A stretch of DNA of 64,000 nucleotides, from assembly GCA_051362555.1 (NCBI GenBank), contig CM120645.1, forward strand, positions 19,158,001 through 19,222,000, written 5' to 3'. Made by a program: the position numbers and the translations under genes. The DNA comes from Lingula anatina. Taxonomy: Eukaryota; Animalia; Brachiopoda. Numbering within the stretch: position 1 is the first letter of the stretch; each line of letters begins with the position of its first letter. Below the pieces are notes generated by a model. It worked only from the letters and a program-made list of their open reading frames with translations. It searched no databases and had not been told where the DNA came from. Shown one piece after another: positions 41,043 to 53,331 of the stretch.

Positions 41043-44000
41043 CTGACCATAAGACATCAAGTTTATTTCAAATTGACCGTACCTCATAAAAAGGTCTAGC
41101 AATGGCATTTTTTTTATACAAATCATTAAGTCTAAAAGTTTCTGAAATAATTCCTTGCAAATAGAAATATTAGTATGCTCCATATTCTGTCATGTTTTTA
41201 TTAGATAAATGGGGCATACTCATTGTTTTCTTAAATGGAATAAATGAGTTAAAAGAGAATACATTTTCCTCCCATCCTAAAATATTTTCAAGTGCTGACA
41301 GACCATCCATCCACAGAAAACAGTGAAGTAATTCCTAAAAATGTTTTTTTTTGTGGCCACTTTCTCCTCTAATAGTTCCAAGCATTCCACACATTTTCAC
41401 TTCACATAAAAATGCCACTTTAGAGCAGATCTACTTCTTTTCTTTCTTTAAAATAAATATAGGTATTAAATGCTTTTGGGATTTATGTTGGGATTTGCAA
41501 GTGACATGAGAAAATTTAACTGGAAAGCAGAATGTGACGCGAACAGTTCCAATTTAAAATCAACATAGTTAAGAAGAAACCAAAGTTGATTTAAAGTATT
41601 TGTTTAAAGAAAATTCTACAAATACAAAAGAATTGCAACACCGTCTCACGCTGATAGTAAACAAGAAACCCCAATTTTCTTAATCACATTTTAGAGGGCA
41701 CTGCTTGGCCATTCTTCATGGTGGTCATTATACTGGAAATGACCGGACAACTTGTCGGGTGTGCAAATAAAATTTAAGGGCAGGGCTAAATACAAGCACT
41801 TGTGCACCTGACCTGGGATCGTTTTTCTTTTAGTGGTTTTTTTTTCTCAAAGGGGGATACTTATGAAACTTCCGTCACTTGGAGGGCAGGCCATCATTAG
41901 AAGTCACCTGCAAATTAATTTAACTCAAATGAACTCTGAATCATTCAAATCTTAACACTTATTTCAAAAGTCCAAATAACATTAATTTTCCAGATTTTTA
42001 AGGTAATATTTATTTTTACATTAGAGTAAGAAAACATGCCATCCCAATAAACTGTGAGCTTGTTTATTTTAATTTCACCAATTTCAAATATTGAGGAGAT
42101 CATCTTGCCATATAGTTATTACCACAGTGATATTTTTATGACCAGGTCATTTAAGTTTTTCCAAGCACAAAGTCGGGATACAAGCACTGTTTGTCCCTCA
42201 AGGCAAGAGTCAGCAATTATAAGCCACAAATCCATCACTTATGTATTGAAATAAAATGCAGTCAAGTGTCAAATTTTAATGGGGAAAAACATTTACACAA
42301 TCTGATTTTGGAAAAAGCACCTCAGATACAGTTCATATGTTGCAAGTAGATTGCATTTTTTCACTCGAACATTTCCTATATATTTATTGTTTTCACTGTC
42401 ATGTCTGCTTTTTTGTACCTTTAAATAAAGTTAAGCAAAAGTGAATAGTCAATCCTTAATTAAGATAAAATTTAATTCTAAAAAGTCAACACATCACAGA
42501 TGGCTAGCCAGAACTATGACAACCATATTACATCAAAAGCTACGCAGCACATCAGGTATTTGTAAATGCTTAAGCTTGAAGCCTCTAAGGCTTTCAGCAG
42601 TCCAGTGATAAAACGTAGAACCCTTTGAAAGGAAGATATTATACAAATTATCCATCTCTCCAGAGCAAAAGTGCAAGTGCGAAATAAATTGCCTAAATGT
42701 GGCAAATTAAATGGTGCCAATTTCCGCAGCTTTAAATTGGACCTATAGGTGGCTGCTCCATCAGACTCTATGACCTCCCAACAACCCTGTCAGCTCTTTT
42801 CATAATCGGTCAAACAACAATAAGAACATCAGTTACAGCTTTTACGAAAGCTGGCGATAAGAGCCCTTTTAAAGTATATAATTTGGAAACCACTGTATCA
42901 GTCAAACATAAGAAGAAAAGAAAAAAAATTGTTATTATACCTGTATATCACTTCATCAAATAATAATGACCTGTATTTGATATGTTTTATTGGGGTCTGG
43001 TTACAGGGAAAAAAACTGGAATACAAGCTACAGAATATTTTCCCTGACATGACTAAAACAGCATGACAAATACGAGTTAAATATTGGAGTAAGGAAAGGT
43101 TCCGATCTTTACTAAATACTGCTATCAATATGCCCTTTTCTAAAGAAAGAAAAAAAAAATCAAAATTGCAAGGCATTTTATTTTTCTTCAGTGCATGATG
43201 TAATCCCTCCCCACCTTTTAAAAAAGCAATGAAAATAATCATGATTGAGATCATAATATTTAGAATTCTCAGTCAAAGAAGTCAATTTTATCAGACAATG
43301 CTAACCAATAAAGTGATTACATAATGATACATTCTAACCAAGAAATAAGGACTATCAAAAAGTTCAATCAAAAGAAAAGTGCCCAAAATCGTATGAAAGT
43401 TTGGATACGATTACAAGATAGACTGTACCTAAAATACCTCTCAAAGAACTGATGGGAACTGCTGACTTGTAATAGGTTTTGTCGAACGTGAACAACTGTA
43501 AAAAGATAAACTGTAAATTTTCATTTAGCACCTTAAAGCAAATTTATGCAATACACAGGCTTATAATCTATGTATTACAAAAAAGAAAAATAAATCCTCA
43601 AAAAAACAACTGCAATATTCTGCATCTTACAGCAAGAAGGCTTTGTGCACGAAAAAAAAAAAAAAAAAAAAGCAATGCATTCTCAAGCTGCATCAAGGTT
43701 CAGAAAATTCTATGAGAATGTAGTTAAGTCAAAATTAATGACACAAATAATAATCCAGAATAAAAAGATGGGGACTAGGAGTTCAAGCCAGGTACTGGAC
43801 TCTTGGTGACTGCAATCTGATCTCTTTTATCCAATTACCAGGCATGACCTAGTATGGCAACATGCACAGAAAATTAATTGCCCGAAAAAAAAAATTGTAC
43901 TGTTGTGATATAATGTTTGTGACAATGGATAATAAACTAAATTTTCTTTATATATAAAATAATACATATCCATGCAGGATCACTGCAACAAGTCAATCTT

Positions 44001-45510
44001 AAAGATTCTTGAAAATTTTATTTCAAGGAAATAATTGTAGCATTCCAACTGCAAACTAAAAACGCTGCACTTGAAAAATAAATTCACTCATTTCAGAAGC
44101 ATATTATAAGCATAATGAAACTAAAAGGAATATAAAACAATATTCGTCAGGCATTATTGACTATGAAAAAAGAAAAAAAAAACAGCTGATTCAGAAGAAA
44201 TAATGTGGTCAATAGTTACTAAAAGGCATGAGCTGTTGTAAGACACAGCCCTTAGAAATGAGAAAATGATCGTATCCATCACTTTGCAGTGTCCGTGGCT
44301 GACCCCTGACCAGCAGAGAACTCCAGGACCAGGAGTTCATCCAGGTGGCAGCAAGGTCAGGGGGTCACAGCTACTGTTTTACCCAATGGCTTACAAATCC
44401 AAATCGATGAAAAAAATTTCTATATACTTTATTTTTTCATTGTTTTCTGCAGCAAAACTGCTTTTCAGCAATTGGTCAACATTTCAAATCCTGATAAAGG
44501 TTCTATTTCTGTTATATTAATTGTGAAAAAAAAAAAAAGTAAGAAAAAAATCTCAGCGCACATCTGCTCCTGAATCAGCATTGGAATTGAGATAAATTAC
44601 TTAAATGTTGTCATTTATCTCCTTTATAATGATGATGATGATGAAACTTTCAAGAGCAAAACAAGCAGTTCAAGGCCAATGTTGATATATAGCAATAATC
44701 ATCGTATCCTTCAGTCTTTAACTGACCGATTTAATGACTTACAGCATTTAATTTAATATATGTCCCTGCATTTTGAGAATAATATTTTCACTCTGGAAGA
44801 CAAGATAAAAAATCACAAAGAATCAAAACATAACCAAAGGTGAATGTTGTTCAATAAGGGTTCAACTCATAAAAAAGAAAATATATGATAAAATAAATAA
44901 ATAAATAAAATAACAAAATAAAAGAAGGCAATTTAGACAGAGTAGCATTTATTCCAAACAAATGTTTCACTTAAAAGAAAACTAAACATTCAACCTTCAA
45001 TAAAAGATTCAAAAATACATTCTGTGTCAGCATGAAAAATTACAAAGGCATCAAAGGACAATGAAGTGTGACCCTTCCTTATGAATTTCATGATAGCTTA
45101 ATATGCTGGTCTTCCAACTCAGCTGTTTCCTTTCTGGTTACTTGTGGACATTAAAACCAGCCACGCTTCTTATCACAATACATATGCTGGCTTCATTAAG
45201 CAGACTATCCATCATTACCTTACATTTGGCGAGTCAACTTATGACTTGTTGGAAAAATAAATCGGGCAGCATGAGAAAAAGTATACCTTCACTAAATATT
45301 TAAAGCTCCACCCGTTTCTTTAATACAAATGAAATTTACTACAACATGCGGGCATTAAGAGAGTGCAATTCATTTATGTTGTTATGTTGTAGTGACCAGA
45401 CATAATGCAGGCAATTTAACTAACTAACCATAGTGTTTAGAGAGAATTTATACCTGCATGTTCGAAAAGTTCAACCTTGAGCAAAAATGTTCATTAGCTT
45501 GGTAGTTGGA

Positions 45511-45642
45511 TCATAAATGAAAATTATCAAACACAAGCCGAAATATTTTCGTACTGTTAGCTTACGGCCAACCTGGGCGAAGGCCTTCATCAGACTGATG
45601 TACAAAATATTTCGGCTTGTGTTTGATAATTTTCATTTATGA
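45511..45642 (-). mobile_element. Penelope-like element remnant: hammerhead-ribozyme-like core inside a 39-bp perfect inverted repeat
   Basis: Arms 45511-45549 and 45604-45642 are exact reverse complements. Minus-strand centre reads CTGATGA-a-GGCC-N12-GGCC-GTAA-GCTA. Confidence 0.6.
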
Positions 45643-48600
45643 AGTCCAACCTTATTTAAAATGTAAACCAAGCTCTGATCTGGACCCAAAATGCAGTATG
45701 TATTGCCGGTATTGTTTGTGGAAAATTGTTTGTTTTGAAAAGTTGCTGGAAGTTTTTGACTTTGATTTAAAAAATATATATTTACCTTATAACTACTATA
45801 AAAGAAAATAATAAATATCAAATTCAAATATCAAAGTCACAACAAGGTATAACCTCTAACCACTTGTCTTCAGATGTTTAAAGCATGACTTCAAATAAAA
45901 TCAATTAGAAAATCTCCCGTAATTTCCAAGAGCAATTTGAACAATGAATAGTCCACAGACATAAGTAAATCTTAACCAAAGAGAGAGAGAAAGAGAGAGA
46001 GAGAGCTTTATTTGCCCTAAATACAAACAAATAGTAATGGTAAGAAATAATCTCCATCTTGTTCTTTGCAAATTTTTAGCTTAGTCGTAAAAGATATACA
46101 GTTATGTAATATGTCCATCATTCCACACACTGAAACATATCAGGGCAAGATTTTCTATGGGCCTGATCCACCCAACTTATAGTAGTGCTTCTAAATGAAA
46201 CTTGCTTAATTGTGCATATTGCAATTGAATTGGTGAGTACAAAGCTGGTATCCAGGTAATACCATCTGATTCGCGAATGCACCAAAGGTACAAAAAGTAC
46301 ATCTGCACTATCTGGTCACCAATAAACACTTCAGCATTTAAATAAAAAGTTATTGCTTTAAAATTCAGAAAACAGATTATATTAACTTAATATTGTCATA
46401 TTTCAATAAAAAATATAATTCCCTCACAATTATAAGACCCCCTTTAAAAAGCTTTTCAAAAATACTTCTCCCAGCCATTTTCTTTAAATAGCCTGGCCAA
46501 TTTCAGGTCAATGCCCTGTAAGCACCAGGCCTGAAGTACCCTAAATATCTCAGAACTCAATTTATATATTTCCAGATGATTTATAAGTGTGTTTGCAGTC
46601 TCACAAAAGACTCTAAGATTACAAGAAAGGTGACTTTCTGACCGAACTTCAGCATACAGGTGTTAATTTCAATTTTTTTTTCTTGTCAAATATAACAGAC
46701 AGAGAGGAAAAAGAAATTAAAGAAATTCCATATATCAGCACTTTTGGATATTAATCTGTGTTGGGAATGGCTTTAAAGTTTTTTTCTGAACATAAAAAAA
46801 TCATATTATCTTAATCTAGACATTATCTGCTTTTATAAAGCTGTATAAAATGAATCCGCAAAAAACCCTTATAACTTTTTTTTAGAGATGAAGAGATGAA
46901 GCTGACTTTCTTGTAAAAAATAAATAAATAAATAAATAAATAAAGGAGACAATGTGGTCATCTGGCGGTCAAACAAAACTATAAATGTCCATTCATGGCA
47001 GCTGGACTGGACAATAGCATAAAATGAAGAAATGACAATAATAATAACAAAAGTTCACAAAAAGGTCCCTTTAAAAAATTATTCAATCACTTAGCTATTG
47101 TGACCTTTTTTGTTTGAGTGAAACATTGTCTGGATCCAAGATCTTTGCAAATTCAAACAATAATGAGGTCATCCAAAGGTCACAGGTACAGGTCAACTGG
47201 TGATTAAAACAAGTAATTCCTGAGGAAGCTATTGTGATGTTTCCTTTTGACTAGCTAGCACATTAGAGGGAAAATTTTAGAAACTGAAGAAAGAGAGAGA
47301 GACAATGAGGTCAAAGACAGGTCACAGGTCATGTGCAGGTCATGTGCAGCTGATGAATCATGCAACTTATACCACGACACAGCAATCACATACAGAACTT
47401 TTGCACTTTTGTTCAAGTATCCCTGTTTTGCATGTAGACAGAAGGGTACGTCATATTAATATAAATTCATAACCCCCTTGAAAAATCTTACTCTTACATG
47501 AAGCAAAATGAGGAAAACATTAAAGAATTTACTAAAACATGTCAGATTTATATTTGCATTTCTGAGTTTGGATATCCAATGGATCATAACAATCACTTTT
47601 CAAATTATTTCAGACAAAAGAAAAAAATGCTGTGTCTTTATGTAGCAAAAATTTAAGTTCCCTTTAAATATGCAAAATAGTTTTAACAAACAGATGGTAG
47701 ATATTGAATTTCTTATACTATATGGGGTTTAACCCTAAATGTTTTCTTAAAGAAGTGATCACCCTGTCCAAAATCTTTCTTTATTAACACATAATTTGTT
47801 ATTATATTGAATCAAATAAAAATTTTTACTTAGAAAAAAAGTCATCTTTATGTCCAATATCTTTCTTTAACATCATAATTACCACAGACATTGTTCAAAA
47901 AGGCAGAAGTTCTGACATATATCTAGACTTCATTAACACACTCCACCCCCCCCCCCCCCCCCGGCACAACCCATACCGGTCTCTTACTGTTATTGTCATT
48001 ATTTTTTGTTTTACAGCTAGCTCTTTTAGTAATAATGTGCACCATGAGTCCCTTTACATAAGACACTTTGAAGTCAATGTACTACCCAAACTGTCCAAAT
48101 GACATTATCCCCAAGGACCCTGAAGATCACACATCTCAACCAGTCCCACTTAATCCCACCCCTGAGTTTTAGAGCACTGGTAAGTAACTCTCCTCTATCC
48201 AGAAATAGCTGTCATCCCTGTTAAAAGTGACTTGTACATCTGAAATTACCTTTGAAATCAAGGAACTTAATCAGGGTGTTCAGAATGAACTCCCATACAG
48301 ATTGGGTATATATTGGATAAATCTCGATTTAGATTTCCCAACAAAATCTGAAACTCGGGGTTTGAAAAAGTCATCCACAGTTCAATAACTGGCTAACTTT
48401 CTGGTTCAGATGACACTTAAGTATGACAAATAGAGATGTCATTTCAGTGAAATCATCCTTGATGATTAGTAACAGGGAGCAATTTTCTAAGTCTATATTC
48501 GTGTCAAAATAAACTTCCACATTTGCCGTATAAGTCTCAATACAGTTCAGGATTTGCATTTAATTTAAGTTCATTCCATGAGAATCAAATATTTTTATAG

Positions 48601-50769
48601 CTGTAACTTTTCTTCTTCTTTACACGGGCAGCTACACTCTAAGATACATGTGAACTTTAAAAGACAATAAACTGATATTGTATACAAATGAATAACAGGT
48701 TTTAAAGACATGGTAGATATGTTTGTGTTGAAGTAAGTTAGAATTGCCTTTTGTGACTGAATAGCCAATGAAGTACTTAAAACTTGTATAAATATTTCTT
48801 TAGATTTTATTGAATAAATTGCAAAGAGTTCAAAACAAAAATAAAGAAAAAATATCAAAAACCGTTAGAAAAATCATCTACATGGGAATGTATTATGCAT
48901 TATTGTCTTCCATGTTTTCAAAGCAGTTGATTAGTGCCTTTGGCAAGGAGAGAAATATAATCTACTTTCAGGGGTTTTTTCAGGTCTCTGCGTCGTATGT
49001 CAATCTAGGGCCTTGGAGACTTGACAAAAACTAATAAAACTGGCACGTCATTTTACAATTCAAGAACAAGAAGATCCCCTGTCACTGAAAGTTCATCCTT
49101 ACAAACCACCAATGTCTTGTTGGGATTTTTCCTGATGCAATTCCCACAGATTTTGATTACATAACTTTCTTAAAACACACCAAGGTTAAAATGCGGCCAA
49201 TATCACAAAAGACAGAGTCAAAGTAATTTGTCTACTGATAAGGCAGATGTGTACCAAAGAAAATAAAAGAAAAACAATTAAGAGGAGTGTCTGCCAGGAT
49301 TGCATAATGGTAATAAACAAGAAAAAGGGAAATATCACTGCTATCAACTCAAGAATCTGACACAAAGTTACAACTTGCTGTGCAAAATGTCATATAAATC
49401 CCACACAATATTTTTAGATGTTTCAAACAAAATACTTAAAATGCAATGAAATGAAAAAAAAAAAAATAATAATAAGTAAAGAGAAATTGTCTACAGCACA
49501 AAGATCCAAGTGCACTGAACCAACAAAAACACAAAGCAAAATGCAGTAGCAAAAAGGAAAATTGCAGCCAGCACTTTGCTGGTACAGGGTACTCCTGCTA
49601 CTTTTCCTCACGCATTCTTCCTCTGATGTCACTTAATTAGTGGTCACTCAGTGGTCAAACTGAGCGCTTCTTTTAACCTTACTATAACCCTCAACTGAAG
49701 AGTTTCAGAACAAAGCTGATGGTGTATAACACTGCCTTCTGTGTGTGTGTGTGTGTGTGTGTGCGTATGCATGTGTGTGTGTGTGTGTGTGTGCATGTGA
49801 GCACAATTCAGTGTGTTTGCATGCGTGGGTCAGCAATGCACGTTTTAAGTGTTCAAGTGTGCTGTTTGTATGCATGTGCGTGTGTCTGTTTGTCTATGTG
49901 TACTAGGGTTCGTGTTTGAGTACAAGTGTGTGCATGTATGTCCGTTTGTAATAGTCTGTATGCATGCATTTGTGTGTATGCACAAGTAGACACTGATGAA
50001 ACTGTAAAATATTCAATTCAAAAGGTCCTTCAGATCATCACTTCTTTTCACACATCTTGCAAACAGAATCACAGCAATCTGGTCTTCTAATTCCATGAAT
50101 TAAATGGCAAATAACTTGCATTATCCGTGCAATCACAATCTATTAAATCAGACTTCTAAGAAATAAGCAGAAGCATTCCACTGTATTTCCGCTTATTCTC
50201 ACTGTCCTTCGTCACCCAGTATCTTAATAACATCATGCCCTTGAATTTTACTTGACCCTTAGGTATTCCTGTCCATGGCGTGCACTTACTTTTGATCAAT
50301 TGATCAATTCCTAGATCACACATTAATTCCTAAGATCAATTGCTACCTTTACTCTGGCAAACAACACAGTCAAAGGCCTACTAGTACTTAAACAATTCTT
50401 ATTTTTGTGATTATTTTCCTGGAAATAGTGATACCTTTATTTCAAAAATAATTTAAAAGTGATAATGGTCATAGGAGCCACTTTTGACTTGTTTGTGGAC
50501 TACATTAAAACATGTTTGTTTAAAAGACCAATTGTTTTTTTTTTTACTTAGTGCAAATACACATCACATACATACCCAGACCAATATGAATATCCCTGTA
50601 CACTTGTCACTTAGCATACTAAAGGATTCACGTGTTAAACATGCACGGAGATTTTGCAAATACACAACCTTTTAAGCAAACATACAAACATGCAAACAAA
50701 AACAATGAGCTATATGCATAAACAAATTTATGTAAAAACTGACAAGCAAACACGTACAAATACACACAT

Positions 50770-50776
<7 letters not shown>

Positions 50777-50812
<36 letters not shown>
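50777..50812. repeat. (CA)n microsatellite
   Basis: Direct reading. Confidence 0.9.
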
Positions 50813-50813
<1 letters not shown>

Positions 50814-50952
50814 GGTTCAATGACAGTTGACAGATCCAATTCTTTCTTATTGTGAAATTTGACATAACTGTCTTCACTCAAAAAATACTATATATGCATG
50901 CAAATGTCCAGATATATCATAATAATTTTAAAAGAACTGTTCATTTTTTTTT

Positions 50953-50984
<32 letters not shown>

Positions 50985-51074
50985 TCATATGATACTTTTC
51001 TGCCCTGTGCTAGCAAGCCAGTGGTACAAATCAGACAAGTATAGAAGTGCCAGGTTCCCCATGACCTCAGCCCA

Positions 51075-51172
51075 TTAGCTTGGTGCACTTGTCCTGACCC
51101 GCCACCAGCGGTGCAATGGCCGTGGCCTGACTCTTTCCCCTCTCTCCTGGTATTGTCGTCCCCTCGAGCCAT
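51075..51172 (-). CDS. Candidate exon, 3' boundary uncertain (phase 1: xGSRGRQYQERGERVRPRPLHRWWRVRTSAPS*; possible internal donor G|gtcagg after 51099)
   Basis: Clear pyrimidine tract ...ttttttgtttcatcgtctcttctcgcgcacctgctgtcgtgtctag| followed by a GC/CpG-rich stretch that is open in all three frames for more than 30 codons. Confidence 0.5.
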
Positions 51173-51220
51173 CTAGACACGACAGCAGGTGCGCGAGAAG
51201 AGACGATGAAACAAAAAAGT

Positions 51221-51585
51221 GTCTGTCACAGGTGCTAAGGAATAACTCTAATGCATTGTCACACTGCGGCAGAGCACTATTCAGATTGTTTTTGCTCAGA
51301 GTCTGAACTTAAAAATTTACATTTTTTTTCTTTTTCTTTTCGTAACAGGTGTACTGAAATATAATGTCATATGTAGACTGCATACTGACATTCCGTTTTT
51401 TTTTTAACTCGACCTATGAACTTTGAATTCAATTTTTTTTGGAACAGGTGTTCTCGTGTGTATTATCTTGGATACAAACAGTAGGGTGGTACTACTGTCT
51501 GCTGGTTGAAGTCACACTTTGAACTTAATTTTTTTTTTTAACAGGTGTTCCCAAATGTATTGTCTGCCACAGACGGCAGCCAAAA
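51221..51585. repeat. Degenerate array with ~97-117 bp period, built around ACAGGTG
   Basis: ACAGGTG at 51228, 51345, 51444 and 51541. The last three are each preceded by TGAAYT plus a T-run, and all four are followed by an ATTGTC-like block. Confidence 0.6.
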
Positions 51586-52992
51586 TAAAGAACTCCCAAT
51601 AATGGCAGGGTTGAGTTGAAAGACCTTAGCCAGTCACTGCCCTTGCATGCGCCTGTCTCATGGTGTTAAGGGGGGAAACATCCAATCCCCCATCTTGGAT
51701 GTTGGCAACATGGTTTTACTAAGGGAAAGGAACAGTGCACAGAATTTTCATTGACTTAAATCTTTCCCTTTTTTTCTTTTAGGATAGACTACATGATTAC
51801 TTTACATCTTTACCCTGAAGGCATGTGACATTCTAAAGAAATGTTGAAATCAATGAATGTGTCTCTGTTCAAAGATTTTTTTCTTTCTTTAAAAGTAGTA
51901 ATTTGAATATGCAAGAAATGAAGGATTACAAAACTAGTCTTGAAATGATACATTTATTGGGTGTAATTCATGTTGGAAAGCCATGAAATGATGAAGCTGG
52001 TACATAGAAAAAAACAAAAAAACAGCCATGATACAAGGCATATTTGTGATTTATATCACTTTGTGTCAAAATATTTTTAAAATATCAATACAAAGCCTTA
52101 GCAGAAAATAAAAAAAATTACTGGCTAACTAAACTGTTACTTCCTTTTTTATCCCCCCCCCCCCCCCCCCACCCACCCATCTGAAAGGGTTGAAGACACA
52201 CGCTCAGTTAATTTCATGAGTGATGTGACATAAAAACTAAATGACAGTTTCCAGTCTTCGGAGTAATTGCAGTTTATGTCAATTATGAAAATGTCCATTC
52301 ATTTGCGGTGACATGTAGAAATTAATGCTTTTTTTCCTCTTCAATACACCATAAAGTAATCTTTTTTCATATTGGGCATCTCATGAGACATCCATCATAT
52401 CCACATAGATGTAGTAATTCAATGACAGTAACTTTTGCAATATATTCATTTTCTTGAATAAATCAGTAAAATATCCCACTATAGTGAGTTCAGTTAGTAC
52501 AAAATGCATATTTGGTAATTTGTGCTAAGATATACTTCTAAGCAATAAATAAACAATTTCTGAACTATTTCATTGCATAATTTATCAAAACCATGTCCTC
52601 AGTGAATATTACTACTTAATTAATTTTAACCTTGACACCTCAAAAATTTTTCCATAAACTTATTAGGGGAATTTTTTTTCTAATGATATTTCATGACTGA
52701 CCCTGGTCAACCTTCTGACCGACACACACCACGTGGTTCGGGATGCACGCGGTGACGACCTTCCATTGATGAGAAGTCCTGGAATGACCTTTCCTTATAC
52801 AACAGCGGTCACTTATCAGACTTGCCAGCAACTAATGCAAATGAGCCACATTATCTTCCTACTGATTGGGGATCACTTTAAAAAAAGGGAAGCAGGTGGT
52901 GCTGGAGAAAATTGATTTTTTCTTTTCCTTTTCGATCTGAGTGGAATTAGATTTGCCTGTGATACCAACTTTGACCTTTTCCACCTGGGAGA

Positions 52993-53331
52993 TGACCTGA
53001 ACTTCCATTGACCAGGCTTTTCTGAGGTCACTAGCGTGAAACACGCAAGTGCTGCCACCTTTCAGAAATGCGAATCAAACGATCCTCTTGACCTGAACTT
53101 TCCATGAACGGGAATTTCTGAGGTCAAAATGCCTCAGTGCTGCCACCTTTAATCAAAAACGAAAAATAACTACAATGCATGACCTGAACTTCCAATGACC
53201 AGGTCACCTTGAGGTCACAAGGCCTATGTGCTGCCACCTTTTGCCCATGACCTCAACTAAAAGTAGAAGCATGACCCGAACTTGACACGACATGGTCTCT
53301 CTGAGGTAATGACTTGTGACACTGCCATCTT
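52993..53331. repeat. Four-unit degenerate array (91-96 bp period): TGACCYGAACTT-N18-TGAGGTMA-N9..18-GTGCTGCCACCTT
   Basis: Units start at 52993, 53089, 53180 and 53272. Motifs are conserved, spacer sequences are not. Confidence 0.8.

Noticed and set aside
43631-43640. 10-nt microexon candidate (aag|CCTTCTTGCT|gtaaga), plus similar weak hits near 6816, 12321, 38750 and 45224
   Set aside because: Weak or poly-A-derived acceptors, or frame-disrupting lengths. Not distinguishable from background without RNA data.
49719-49919. Cys/Val-rich ORFs (also 14641-15025, 50628-50881, 3870-4172)
   Set aside because: Translations of (TG)n, (CA)n or (GA)n microsatellites.
51084-51094. miR-92-like GCACTTGTCC
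   Set aside because: Lacks the TATTGCAC 5' end and a hairpin, and lies antisense within an exon candidate.
50888-51172. 94-aa ORF as a stand-alone gene
   Set aside because: The ATG sits directly after a splice acceptor and the tail translates poly-C/poly-A runs (PPPP/KKKK). Better treated as an exon of uncertain frame.
52745-52755. miR-124-like GCACGCGGTGA
   Set aside because: Seed (TAAGGCAC) is absent and there is no precursor hairpin.
52992-53030. SECIS, C/D snoRNA or tRNA-like reading of the array units
   Set aside because: No 11-12-bp SECIS helix with an apical AA, no RTGATGA box C, no cloverleaf, and the A-box match is poor.
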